Below are positions 49,068-60,008 of a stretch of 64,000 bases of DNA, piece by piece. The DNA is from Burkholderiales bacterium (lineage in GTDB: Bacteria > Pseudomonadota > Gammaproteobacteria > Burkholderiales > SG8-39). Positions within the stretch are counted from its first letter, which is position 1, and each line of letters starts with the position of its first letter. The stretch lies in assembly GCA_050248795.1 (NCBI GenBank), contig JBFWRS010000017.1, positions 1,146 through 65,145 on the forward strand, given 5' to 3'. Made by a program: the position numbers and the translations under genes. The notes under the pieces were generated by a model. That model did no database searches, had not been told where the DNA came from, and saw only the letters and a program-made list of their open reading frames with translations.

Positions 49068-49972
49068 AGTTCCGCCTCTTCCAGGACAGCCGCGTCGGGG
49101 CGCGCGCCTACAACCAGGACCGCATCGGCCACTGGCGCACCGGCGGCTCGCTGCTGCTCGTACTCGCCGACGGCATGGGCGGGCACCTGAACGGCGAGGT
49201 CGCGGCGCAGCTTGCGCTGGAATCGATGGCTGCGGACTTTCACGCGCGGGCGCGGCCGCTGCTGGGCAATCCGGAGCTCTTCATTTTCGATTCGATCCGC
49301 CGTGCCCATGCGAGCGTCGTCGAAAAGTCGGCGCTGCTCGGCCTGCCGGAAACACCGCGCACCACCATCGTCGCCTGCGCGGTGCAGGAGGGCTTCGCCT
49401 ACTGGGGGCACGTGGGCGATTCGCGTCTCTACCTGATCCGCAACGGGCGCATCGTTACGCGTACCAGGGACCATTCGCGGGTGCAGCAGCTGATCGATGC
49501 CGGGCGTATCCGCGAGGAGGCGGCCGCCGCGCACCCGGACCGCAACAAGCTGATGCAATGCCTGGGAAGCGACACCATGCCGCGGTTGGAGCCTACGGCG
49601 GTGGCGCGCCTCGCCCGGGACGACGTCCTGATGCTGTGCTCGGACGGCCTGTGGGGCCCACTCACGCAGCGCCAACTGCTGCATGCCTACGTGACGGCGG
49701 ACTTCGAGCGCGCATCGCGCGAACTGATGGCGCTGGCGGAAAAGCGCGCCGGCCCCCAGTGCGATAATGTGTCGATGATCGCGATGGCCTGGGGCGAGGA
49801 CGAAGTCGCCGCTGCCGAGGCCCCGCGCACGCTGCCCACCCACGAACTGCCCACGGACGTGCAGGACTTCACGGCGACCGATCCCGATTTCCTGCGCATG
49901 AGCGATGCGGAGATAGACCGGGCGGTGGACGAGATACGCACTGCGCTCAGAAGGAACCGGAAACCAGGATGA
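49064..49972 (+). CDS. PP2C-family Ser/Thr protein phosphatase
   Basis: The motifs [29 protein letters not shown] and LCSDGLW are present. The gene has a GTGA overlap with the kinase and an ATGA overlap with rph. Confidence 0.8.
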   Translation: MKFRLFQDSRVGARAYNQDRIGHWRTGGSLLLVLADGMGGHLNGEVAAQLALESMAADFHARARPLLGNPELFIFDSIRRAHASVVEKSALLGLPETPRTTIVACAVQEGFAYWGHVGDSRLYLIRNGRIVTRTRDHSRVQQLIDAGRIREEAAAAHPDRNKLMQCLGSDTMPRLEPTAVARLARDDVLMLCSDGLWGPLTQRQLLHAYVTADFERASRELMALAEKRAGPQCDNVSMIAMAWGEDEVAAAEAPRTLPTHELPTDVQDFTATDPDFLRMSDAEIDRAVDEIRTALRRNRKPG

Positions 49973-50685
49973 GACCCTCAGGACGCAACCCCGCGCAACT
50001 GCGGCCGGTGAAGATCACGCGCGGCTTCACGCGCCACGCCGAAGGCTCGGTGCTGGTCGAATTCGGCCAGACGCAGGTGCTGTGCACCGCGAGCGTCGAG
50101 GAGCGCGTTCCCGGCTTCCTCAAGGGGAAGGGGCAGGGCTGGCTCACCGCGGAATACGGCATGTTGCCGCGCGCGACGCATACCCGGTCGGACCGCGAGG
50201 CCGCGCGCGGCAAGCAGTCCGGGCGCACGCAGGAGATCCAGCGGCTGATCGGGCGCGCGCTGCGCGCGGTGGTGGACATGCGCGCGCTCGGCGAGCGTAC
50301 GGTGCAGATCGACTGCGACGTGCTGCAGGCCGATGGCGGCACGCGCACCGCGGCGATAACCGGTGCGTTCGTTGCTGCGCATGATGCCTTCACGTGGATG
50401 ATCGGCCGCGGCATGATCGCCGCCGCGCCGGTGCGTGATTTCGTCGCCGCGGTGTCGGTGGGCGTGTACCAGGGCGTGCCGGTGCTGGACCTCGACTACC
50501 CGGAAGATGCCGCCTGCGAGACCGACATGAACGTGGTGATGACCGGCGCGGGCCGCTATGTCGAAATCCAGGGCACCGCCGAGGGCGAACCGTTCACGCG
50601 CGAGCAGATGGACGCCCTGCTGGTGCTTGCGGCGCAGGGGATAGGCGAGCTGGTCGCGATGCAGAAGGCGGCGCTCGGCGCCTAG
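49969..50685 (+). CDS. rph: ribonuclease PH
   Basis: [41 protein letters not shown] and [15 protein letters not shown] are present. Confidence 0.95.
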   Translation: MRPSGRNPAQLRPVKITRGFTRHAEGSVLVEFGQTQVLCTASVEERVPGFLKGKGQGWLTAEYGMLPRATHTRSDREAARGKQSGRTQEIQRLIGRALRAVVDMRALGERTVQIDCDVLQADGGTRTAAITGAFVAAHDAFTWMIGRGMIAAAPVRDFVAAVSVGVYQGVPVLDLDYPEDAACETDMNVVMTGAGRYVEIQGTAEGEPFTREQMDALLVLAAQGIGELVAMQKAALGA

Positions 50686-50695
50686 GCTCGTGCAC

Positions 50696-51301
50696 ATGAA
50701 GCGCGTGGTGCTCGCCTCGGGCAATCCCGGCAAGTTGCGGGAGATACGCGCGATCCTCGCCCCGCTGGCGCTGGAGATCGTCGCGCAGAGCGAACTTGGC
50801 ATAGGCGAAGCGGAAGAACCCCACCACACGTTCCTGGAGAACGCGCTTGCCAAGGCGCGACATGCCAGCACCGCGAGCGGCCTGCCGGCAGTCGCCGACG
50901 ATTCCGGCCTGTGCGTGCCCGCGCTGGGTGGCGAGCCGGGCGTGCAGTCCGCCTACTACGCCGGGCGGCACGGCAACAGGGAGGAGCGCGACGCGCGCAA
51001 CAACGCGAAGCTGCTGGCGCAACTGTCCGGACGGACAGACCGCCGCGCCAGCTACGCCTGCGTCGTCGTGCTGGTACGCCATGCCGGCGATCCGCGGCCG
51101 ATCGTCGCCGAAGGCATCTGGCGCGGCGAGATCGCGCAGGCACCGCGGGGCGCAGGCGGCTTCGGCTACGACCCGCTGTTCCTGGTTTCCGGCAGCGGAC
51201 GCACTGCGGCCGAGCTCGATGCGGCGGCGAAGAATCGCATCAGCCACCGTGCAATCGCCCTGGCCGCGCTGATCGAGCGCCTGCGTGACGATTCCGATTG
51301 A
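50696..51301 (+). CDS. rdgB: dITP/XTP pyrophosphatase (RdgB/HAM1)
   Basis: VVLASGNPGKLREI, GFGYDPLF and SHRAIA motifs are present. Confidence 0.9.
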   Translation: MKRVVLASGNPGKLREIRAILAPLALEIVAQSELGIGEAEEPHHTFLENALAKARHASTASGLPAVADDSGLCVPALGGEPGVQSAYYAGRHGNREERDARNNAKLLAQLSGRTDRRASYACVVVLVRHAGDPRPIVAEGIWRGEIAQAPRGAGGFGYDPLFLVSGSGRTAAELDAAAKNRISHRAIALAALIERLRDDSD

Positions 51302-52454
51302 CCTGCCCGGAACGGTGCGGCTTGCGCTGCTGCCGCCGCTGTCGATCTATGTGCACCTGCCGTGGTGCGTGCGCAAGTGTCCGTATTGCGACTTCAACTC
51401 GCACGAGCAGAAAGGCGAACTGCCCGAGCAGGCGTACATCGACCGGCTGATCGAAGACCTGGAAGCCGTGCTGCCCGCGATATGGGGGCGGCGGGTGGGC
51501 AGTGTCTTCATCGGTGGCGGCACGCCGAGCCTGTTCTCGCCCGGCGCCATCGATCGCCTGCTTGCCGGCATCCGCGCCCGCGTCGCGCTCGAGCCCGACG
51601 CCGAGGTTACGCTGGAGGCGAACCCCGGCACCGTGGAATCGGCGCGCTTTCGCGGCTACCGGGCGGCCGGCGTGAACCGGATATCGCTCGGCATCCAGAG
51701 CTTCGACGACGCGATGTTGCAGTCGCTGGGCCGCATCCATGGTGGCGATGAAGCGCGCCGCGCCATAGACGCCGCGCTCGAGGCCTTCGACAACGTCAAC
51801 CTCGACCTCATGTACGGTCTGCCCGGCCAGACACTCGACATGGCGCGGGCGGACATCGCCGAGGGTACGCGCTTCGGCACGCCGCACGTGTCCGCGTACC
51901 AGCTGACGATCGAGCCGAACACGGCCTTCTACCGGCGCCCTCCCGCACTGCCGGGGCACGACCTCGCCGCCGACATGCAGCGCATGATCGAGGACCTGCT
52001 CGCGGCGGCGGGGTTCGCGCACTACGAGGTCTCCGCGTTCGCGAGGCCCGGATTCCGCTGCCGGCACAACCTCAACTACTGGGAGTTCGGCGACTACGTC
52101 GGCCTCGGCGCCGGCGCGCACGGCAAAGTGAGCTTCCCCGACCGCATCACGCGCCACGAGCGGGCAAAATCCCCGCGCGATTACCTTGCCGGCGAGGCGG
52201 TGGTGCGGGAGCGCATCGTGCCGGCGCAGGAACTGCCGTTCGAATTCATGCTGAATGCGCTACGGCTGGTGGAGGGATTCTCGCCCGCGACCTACCCGGC
52301 GCGCACCGGGTTGCCGCTGGCGACGGTCGAGTCACGCCTGCTCGCGGCCGAGGCCGGAGGCCTGCTCGAGCGCGACTGGAAGCGCATCGCGCCGACCGAG
52401 CGCGGGCGGCATTTCCTCAACGAACTGCTGGAAATCTTCCTCCCCGCCCACTGA
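51285..52454 (+). CDS. hemW: radical SAM haem chaperone HemW (HemN-like)
   Basis: The radical SAM motif is YVHLPWCVRKCPYCDFNS and the C-terminus is HemN-like. The GTG start overlaps the end of rdgB. Confidence 0.85.
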   Translation: MTIPIDLPGTVRLALLPPLSIYVHLPWCVRKCPYCDFNSHEQKGELPEQAYIDRLIEDLEAVLPAIWGRRVGSVFIGGGTPSLFSPGAIDRLLAGIRARVALEPDAEVTLEANPGTVESARFRGYRAAGVNRISLGIQSFDDAMLQSLGRIHGGDEARRAIDAALEAFDNVNLDLMYGLPGQTLDMARADIAEGTRFGTPHVSAYQLTIEPNTAFYRRPPALPGHDLAADMQRMIEDLLAAAGFAHYEVSAFARPGFRCRHNLNYWEFGDYVGLGAGAHGKVSFPDRITRHERAKSPRDYLAGEAVVRERIVPAQELPFEFMLNALRLVEGFSPATYPARTGLPLATVESRLLAAEAGGLLERDWKRIAPTERGRHFLNELLEIFLPAH

Positions 52455-52488
52455 GGACCGGCCAGCCGCAGTGGCGCGGCTTCTTGCG

Positions 52489-52953
52489 CTACTGCGGACC
52501 AGCCAGGGTGCGGATCTGGAATTTGCCGTCGTCGCGAAACAGCCAGGTCTCGGTGAAGGAGACATAGCCGTGGCCGCCGGTGACCGCGCCGCCCGGCTTT
52601 GGCAGGCTGCCTGCGCGCACCGACTGTATCGCGCGCGCTTCCAGGTCCTTGTAGCCGTTCGAGCGGAACAGCCTCACGGCGTACGGAAAGCCGAGGCGGT
52701 CAATTTCCACCTGCAGCACCACGACGGATTTCAGCACCTCGGGCAGCCTGCCGATGAACGTGTGCTCGGCGTTCGCATGCAGGATGGCGTGCGCCACCTG
52801 CTGCTTGTACTCCTCCAGCGAGCGCGCTTCCGCCGCTTCCGCCGGCAGGCGGGGCACCGGCTCAACGCGAGGGTCCGGCCCGCCCGGCGCGTCAGGCTGC
52901 GGCACGACGGCACATCCGGCGGCAAGGACGATGACCGGAATGAGCCGCTTCAA
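52489..52953 (-). CDS. hypothetical lipoprotein (possibly TonB-C-like fold)
   Basis: MKRLIPVIVLAAGC is a lipobox, and a Pro-rich linker is followed by a globular domain of about 90 aa. The start overlaps the stop of the upstream dehydratase by 4 nt. Confidence 0.5.
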   Translation of the reverse strand: MKRLIPVIVLAAGCAVVPQPDAPGGPDPRVEPVPRLPAEAAEARSLEEYKQQVAHAILHANAEHTFIGRLPEVLKSVVVLQVEIDRLGFPYAVRLFRSNGYKDLEARAIQSVRAGSLPKPGGAVTGGHGYVSFTETWLFRDDGKFQIRTLAGPQ

Positions 52954-54686
52954 TGGTTGTCCCTCGGCACCAGCGGGCCGCTGCCGCCGACGAGGAAATC
53001 CAGGTCCGCGCCCTGGTCAGCCTGCAGCACGTGGTCGAAGTAGAGCTTCCAGTAGCCTCGCGGCAGCGGCGCTTTGGGCGCGCGCCATTTCGCGCGCCGG
53101 CGCGCGAGCTCATCTTCCGGCACCAGCAGTTGCAGCCTGCGCTTCGATACGTCGAGCTCGATCATGTCGCCATTCTCGACCAGCGCGAGGGCGCCGCCGG
53201 CAGCCGCCTCGGGCACCATGTGCAGCACCACCGTGCCGTAGGCGGTGCCGCTCATGCGCGCGTCCGAGATCCTCACCATGTCGGTGACGCCTTTCCTCAG
53301 CAGCTTCGGCGGCAGCGGCATGTTGCCGACTTCCGCCATGCCGGGGTAGCCCTTGGGGCCGCAGTTCTTCAGCACCATGACGCACTTCTCGTCGATGTCG
53401 AGCTTCGGGTCGTCGATGCGCTTGTGGAAATCCTCGATGTTCTCGAACACCACGGCGCGGCCGCGGTGCTTCATGAGCCTGGGCGTCGCGGCCGAGGGCT
53501 TGATGATCGCGCCGCCAGGGCACAGGTTGCCGCGCAGCACGGCGATGCCGGTGTTTTTCTTGAACGGCTTTTTCATCGTGTGGATGACGTCGCGGTTGTG
53601 GCAGGGCGCGTCCTTGACGTTGTCCCAGATCGTGCTGCCGTTCACCGTCATCGCATCCTTGTGCAGCTTCCCGCTCGCGCCCAGTTCGCGCAGCACCACG
53701 GGCAGGCCGCCGGCGTAGCAGAAGTCCTCCATCAGGTACTTGCCGTTCGGCATCAGGTTGACGAGCGTGTGCACGCCGCGGCCCAGCCGATCCCAGTCTT
53801 CCAGCGACAGGTCCACGCCCAGCCGGCGAGCGATGGCGATCAGGTGGATCACGGCATTGGTCGAGCCGCCGATCGCAGCATTCGCGCGGATGGCGTTCTC
53901 GAACGCGCGCTTGTCGAGGACTTTCGAGATCGATACATTCTCCTTCACCAGCGCGACCGCGCGGCGCCCCGCCATGCGCGCCAGCACGTTCCGTCGCGCA
54001 TCGACCGCGGGGTACGCGGCATTTCCAGGCATGCCGATGCCCAGCGCCTCGACCATCGATGCCATCGTCGATGCGGTGCCCATGGTCATGCAATGCCCGT
54101 GCGAGCGATGCATGCACGACTCCCCCTCGTGAAACTCGGCGAGCGTGATCTTCCCGGCGCGCAGGTCCTCCGACATGGACCACACGTTGGTGCCGGAACC
54201 GATGTCCGTGCCGCGGTACTTGCCCGACAGCATCGGCCCGCCGGAGACCGCGATCGTCGGCAGGTCGACCGATGACGCGCCCATCAGCAGCGCGGGCGTG
54301 GTCTTGTCGCAGCCGACCAGCAGCACTACGCCGTCGAGCGGATTGGCACGGATCGATTCCTCGACGTCCATCGACGCAAGGTTGCGGTACAGCATGGCGG
54401 TGGGCCGCAGCAGGGTCTCGCCGAGCGACATCACCGGAAACTCGAGCGGGAATCCGCCCGCCTCCAACACGCCCGCCTTGACGTGTTCCGCGATGGTGCG
54501 GAAATGCGAGTTGCACGGCACGAGTTCGGAGTAGGTATTGCAGATGCCGATTACCGGCCGACCGTCGAACTGGTCCTGCGGAATGCCGCGATTCTTCGTC
54601 CAGCTGCGGTAGATGAAGCCGTAGATGTCCTGGCGGCCGAACCACTGCGCACTGCGCAGTCCGGAAGATTTCTTCTTGGTTGCCAT
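52950..54686 (-). CDS. IlvD/Edd-family dehydratase (sugar-acid dehydratase such as arabinonate/xylonate type)
   Basis: RSAQWFG....GRPVIGICNTYSEL.PCN, VGCDKTTPA and ESCMHRSHGHCMTMGTASTM match IlvD/Edd motifs. Confidence 0.8.
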   Translation of the reverse strand: MATKKKSSGLRSAQWFGRQDIYGFIYRSWTKNRGIPQDQFDGRPVIGICNTYSELVPCNSHFRTIAEHVKAGVLEAGGFPLEFPVMSLGETLLRPTAMLYRNLASMDVEESIRANPLDGVVLLVGCDKTTPALLMGASSVDLPTIAVSGGPMLSGKYRGTDIGSGTNVWSMSEDLRAGKITLAEFHEGESCMHRSHGHCMTMGTASTMASMVEALGIGMPGNAAYPAVDARRNVLARMAGRRAVALVKENVSISKVLDKRAFENAIRANAAIGGSTNAVIHLIAIARRLGVDLSLEDWDRLGRGVHTLVNLMPNGKYLMEDFCYAGGLPVVLRELGASGKLHKDAMTVNGSTIWDNVKDAPCHNRDVIHTMKKPFKKNTGIAVLRGNLCPGGAIIKPSAATPRLMKHRGRAVVFENIEDFHKRIDDPKLDIDEKCVMVLKNCGPKGYPGMAEVGNMPLPPKLLRKGVTDMVRISDARMSGTAYGTVVLHMVPEAAAGGALALVENGDMIELDVSKRRLQLLVPEDELARRRAKWRAPKAPLPRGYWKLYFDHVLQADQGADLDFLVGGSGPLVPRDNH

Positions 54687-54687
54687 G

Positions 54688-57027
<2,340 letters not shown>

Positions 57028-57055
57028 GCGGCAGCCTTCGCGAAGCGTTTCCGTT

Positions 57056-58471
57056 TCAGGCGGGCGGCGCGCGCAGGTGGAAGTCTGTTGCGCCCTGGTA
57101 GGCGTGGCCGAGCGTGAACAGCGTTGCCTCGTCGAAGGGCCGGCCAAGCAACTGCATGCCCACGGGAAGTCCGGACGCCGAGAATCCAGCCGGGACTGAC
57201 AGGGAAGGCACGCCGAGGAAGTTCACCGGGCGCGTCAGCCGCGTGATGCGCGCGAAGAGCGGGGCCATGTCCGGGCTGCCGCCCACGTCCGCCGCGGCGA
57301 TGCTCGGCGTCTGCAATCCCACAGCGGGTGCGTGCAGCACGTCGACTTTGGCGAACACCCGGTCGCAGAACGCCTGCAGCGCCACGCCGCGCAGGCGCAG
57401 GCTGTCGACGTATGCGGTGGCGGGCAGGACGAACCCCGCTTCGACGCGCGCGCGCACCTGCGGCGAATAATCCTGCGCACGCTGCCGCAGCTCCCTCGCG
57501 TGCACTGCCGCGGCTTCCGCCGAGATGATGATCGCAGCCGCCGCGTTCCAGGGTTCGATATCGGGCAGGTCAACCTCGACCACCTTCGCGCCCAGCCGGC
57601 GGAATGTCTCCAGCGACGCTTCCATCAGCGCCGCGATGCCGGCATCGCAGCCATCGTAGAAATACTGCTTCGGCTTGCCGATGACCAGACCCGCTACCGG
57701 GCGTGCCAGGCGCGCCATGTAGTCCGGCACGCTGCGCGCGTCCGCCACCGGATCGCGCGGATCCGGCCCGGCGAGCGCCGACAGCAGCACGGCGCAGTCC
57801 TCGACGGTGCGCGCAAGCGGCCCCACCGTGTCCAGCGAATAGGACAGCGGCAATGCACCTGCGCGCGAGACGCGGCCGTAGGTAGGCTTGGCGCCGGAGA
57901 CACCGCAAAAGGTGGCCGGCAACCGGATCGAGCCCGCGGTGTCCGAGCCCAGCGCGGCGAAGTTGGCGCGCGCCGCCACCGAACTGCCCGAGCCCGACGA
58001 GGAGCCGCCGGTGACGTAGTCCGGGTTCCACGGATTGCGGCAGTGCCCGTGGTGGTAGTTGTGGCCGGTGGGGCCGAATGCGCATTCGGCGAGGTTGAGT
58101 ACGCCGAACTGGATCGCGCCGGCGGCATCGAGCCGTTCCAGCGCGGTCGCCGTGCTCGTCGCCGGCCGCTCGGACCAGATCCTGCCGCCGAAGCTCGAGG
58201 CGACGCCCTTGCGGCCGTACATGTCCTTGTGCGCCATCGGCACGCCGTGCAGCGGGCCACGCAGGTGGCCGCGCGCCAGATCCCTGTCGGCGAGCTGCGC
58301 CGCTGCCAGCGCGGCCTCGTCGTCGAGGCGCAGGAAGGCGTTGAGTTTCGGCTGCACCGCATGTGCACGCGCGAGCACGGCTTCCATGGCCTGTACCGCG
58401 CTCGTGCGGCGCTCGCGGATTGCCGCGGCGAGGCCGGCGCAGGACAGTTCCAGCAGCTCACCGTCGTTCAC
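57056..58471 (-). CDS. amidase-signature family amidase (GatA/AtzE-like)
   Basis: The amidase signature GGSSSGSGSSVAA is present, with a KD context (PMAHKDMY). The GTG start overlaps the stop of the small upstream ORF (GTGA). Confidence 0.8.
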   Translation of the reverse strand: MNDGELLELSCAGLAAAIRERRTSAVQAMEAVLARAHAVQPKLNAFLRLDDEAALAAAQLADRDLARGHLRGPLHGVPMAHKDMYGRKGVASSFGGRIWSERPATSTATALERLDAAGAIQFGVLNLAECAFGPTGHNYHHGHCRNPWNPDYVTGGSSSGSGSSVAARANFAALGSDTAGSIRLPATFCGVSGAKPTYGRVSRAGALPLSYSLDTVGPLARTVEDCAVLLSALAGPDPRDPVADARSVPDYMARLARPVAGLVIGKPKQYFYDGCDAGIAALMEASLETFRRLGAKVVEVDLPDIEPWNAAAAIIISAEAAAVHARELRQRAQDYSPQVRARVEAGFVLPATAYVDSLRLRGVALQAFCDRVFAKVDVLHAPAVGLQTPSIAAADVGGSPDMAPLFARITRLTRPVNFLGVPSLSVPAGFSASGLPVGMQLLGRPFDEATLFTLGHAYQGATDFHLRAPPA

Positions 58472-58665
58472 GGGGCATTCCTGCGCTGCGCTGCGACGAA
58501 GCCGGAGGGTTCGTCGGCGAACTCCAGGCCTGCGAACGCGGCCGCGGACTGCTCGAGCAGGCGGGAGGCGGATTCCGCGGTCACGGCGGTTACGCCGGGT
58601 GCGGGCTGCACGCCCTGCGCGGCAAGCAGCAGGCCGGCGAGGTCCTGCGTGACGGTCTGCTTCAT
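58468..58665 (-). CDS. small (65 aa) hypothetical protein, possible AtzG/GatC-like amidase partner subunit
   Basis: The ORF is translationally coupled to the amidase and its composition is helical, Ala/Leu-rich and acidic at the C-terminus. I could not verify any family motif by eye. Confidence 0.4.
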   Translation of the reverse strand: MKQTVTQDLAGLLLAAQGVQPAPGVTAVTAESASRLLEQSAAAFAGLEFADEPSGFVAAQRRNAP

Positions 58666-58742
58666 CGGCGAAGCCTTGGCTACGAAACGGGCGATTCTAC
58701 GCCGCGGGCGCTTGGAGTAAGCTCGCCCGGAAAGGAGATTTC

Positions 58743-59990
58743 ATGGGCGTGAACATAGATGGCGCGCGGTTGTGGCAGTCGCTGATGGACCTGGCGAAGA
58801 TCGGCGCCACCGACAAGGGCGGCGTCAGGCGCATCACGCTAACCGAGGTCGACCGTCAGGGACGCGACCAGTTCGTGCGCTGGTGCGAGGACGCGGGCAT
58901 GTCGATCGCCGTAGACGGCATCGGCAACATCTTCGCGCGCCGCGCCGGCACCGACCCGGACGCCGCGCCGGTGGCGGTAGGCAGCCACCTCGATTCCCAG
59001 CCGTCCGGCGGGCGCTTCGATGGCGCCTACGGCGTCATGGCCGGACTGGAGCTCGTGCGCGCGCTGAACGATGCCGGCGCGCGCACCAGGGCGCCGATCG
59101 AAGTGATCGCATGGACCAACGAGGAAGGCTCGCGTTTCGTGCCGACCATGATGGGTTCGGGTGTCTATGCCGGCGTCTACGCGCTCGAATACGCGCTGCA
59201 GCAGAAGGACGTGGACGGGATCAGCGTGCGCGAGGCGCTGGAGAAGGTCGGCTATGCAGGCCCGGCGCAGCCGCACCGGCTGGGCGCCTACTTCGAGGCG
59301 CATATCGAGCAGGGCCCGGTGCTCGAGGAGACCGGCAATACCATCGGCGTGGTGCTGGGCGCGCTGGGGCAGCGCTGGTTCGACGTACGCATCAGCGGCC
59401 AGGACTCGCATGCCGGGCCGACGCCGATGGAAACCCGCAAGGACGCGCTGCTCGCGGCGAGCCGCCTGGTGCTCGAGGTCAATCGCATCGCCACCACGTT
59501 CCCGGACTATGCGCGCGGAACGGTGGGCTTCATGCAGGTGAAGCCGAACTCCCGCAATGTCGTGCCGGGCGAAGTGCGCATGACGGTGGACCTGCGCAAC
59601 GCGAAGGACGCCACGCTCGCGGCGATGGTCGACGAGCTGAAGAACAGCGCCGCCGCGATCGCCGCCCAGGGCCGCGTCGCGGTCGAGCTCGACGAAGTCG
59701 TCTACTTTCCGCCCAGCGAGTTCGCGCCCGACCTGGTGGCGCGCGTGCGCGAGGGCGCGCAGGTGCTGGGCTACCCGCATCGCGACATCGTCAGCGGTGC
59801 CGCGCACGACGCGGTCTACATGGCGCGCATCGCGCCGACCGCGATGGTATTCGTGCCCTGCGAGGGCGGCATCAGCCACAATGAGATCGAGAATGCCCGG
59901 CCGCAGGACATCGAGGCCGGTTGCAAGGTGCTGCTGCACGCGGTGCTGGGCCGCGCGGGCATCGTAGAATCCGCACAAATGGCGGCCTGA
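58743..59990 (+). CDS. M20-family Zn-dependent carbamoyl-amidohydrolase (allantoate amidohydrolase / beta-ureidopropionase / N-carbamoyl-L-amino-acid hydrolase type)
   Basis: An aaaggag RBS is present. Typical AmaB-family motifs are GGVRRITLT, VGSHLDSQPSGGRFDGAYGV, WTNEEGSRF and SGAAHDA. Confidence 0.8.
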   Translation: MGVNIDGARLWQSLMDLAKIGATDKGGVRRITLTEVDRQGRDQFVRWCEDAGMSIAVDGIGNIFARRAGTDPDAAPVAVGSHLDSQPSGGRFDGAYGVMAGLELVRALNDAGARTRAPIEVIAWTNEEGSRFVPTMMGSGVYAGVYALEYALQQKDVDGISVREALEKVGYAGPAQPHRLGAYFEAHIEQGPVLEETGNTIGVVLGALGQRWFDVRISGQDSHAGPTPMETRKDALLAASRLVLEVNRIATTFPDYARGTVGFMQVKPNSRNVVPGEVRMTVDLRNAKDATLAAMVDELKNSAAAIAAQGRVAVELDEVVYFPPSEFAPDLVARVREGAQVLGYPHRDIVSGAAHDAVYMARIAPTAMVFVPCEGGISHNEIENARPQDIEAGCKVLLHAVLGRAGIVESAQMAA

Positions 59991-60008
59991 GGGCCAGGGA
60001 GAAAGTCG

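Noticed and set aside
58468-58665. The small 65-aa ORF as an antitoxin, or as half of a toxin-antitoxin pair.
   Set aside because: Its downstream partner is a 471-aa amidase-signature enzyme and not a toxin fold. The coupling pattern fits an enzyme subunit better.
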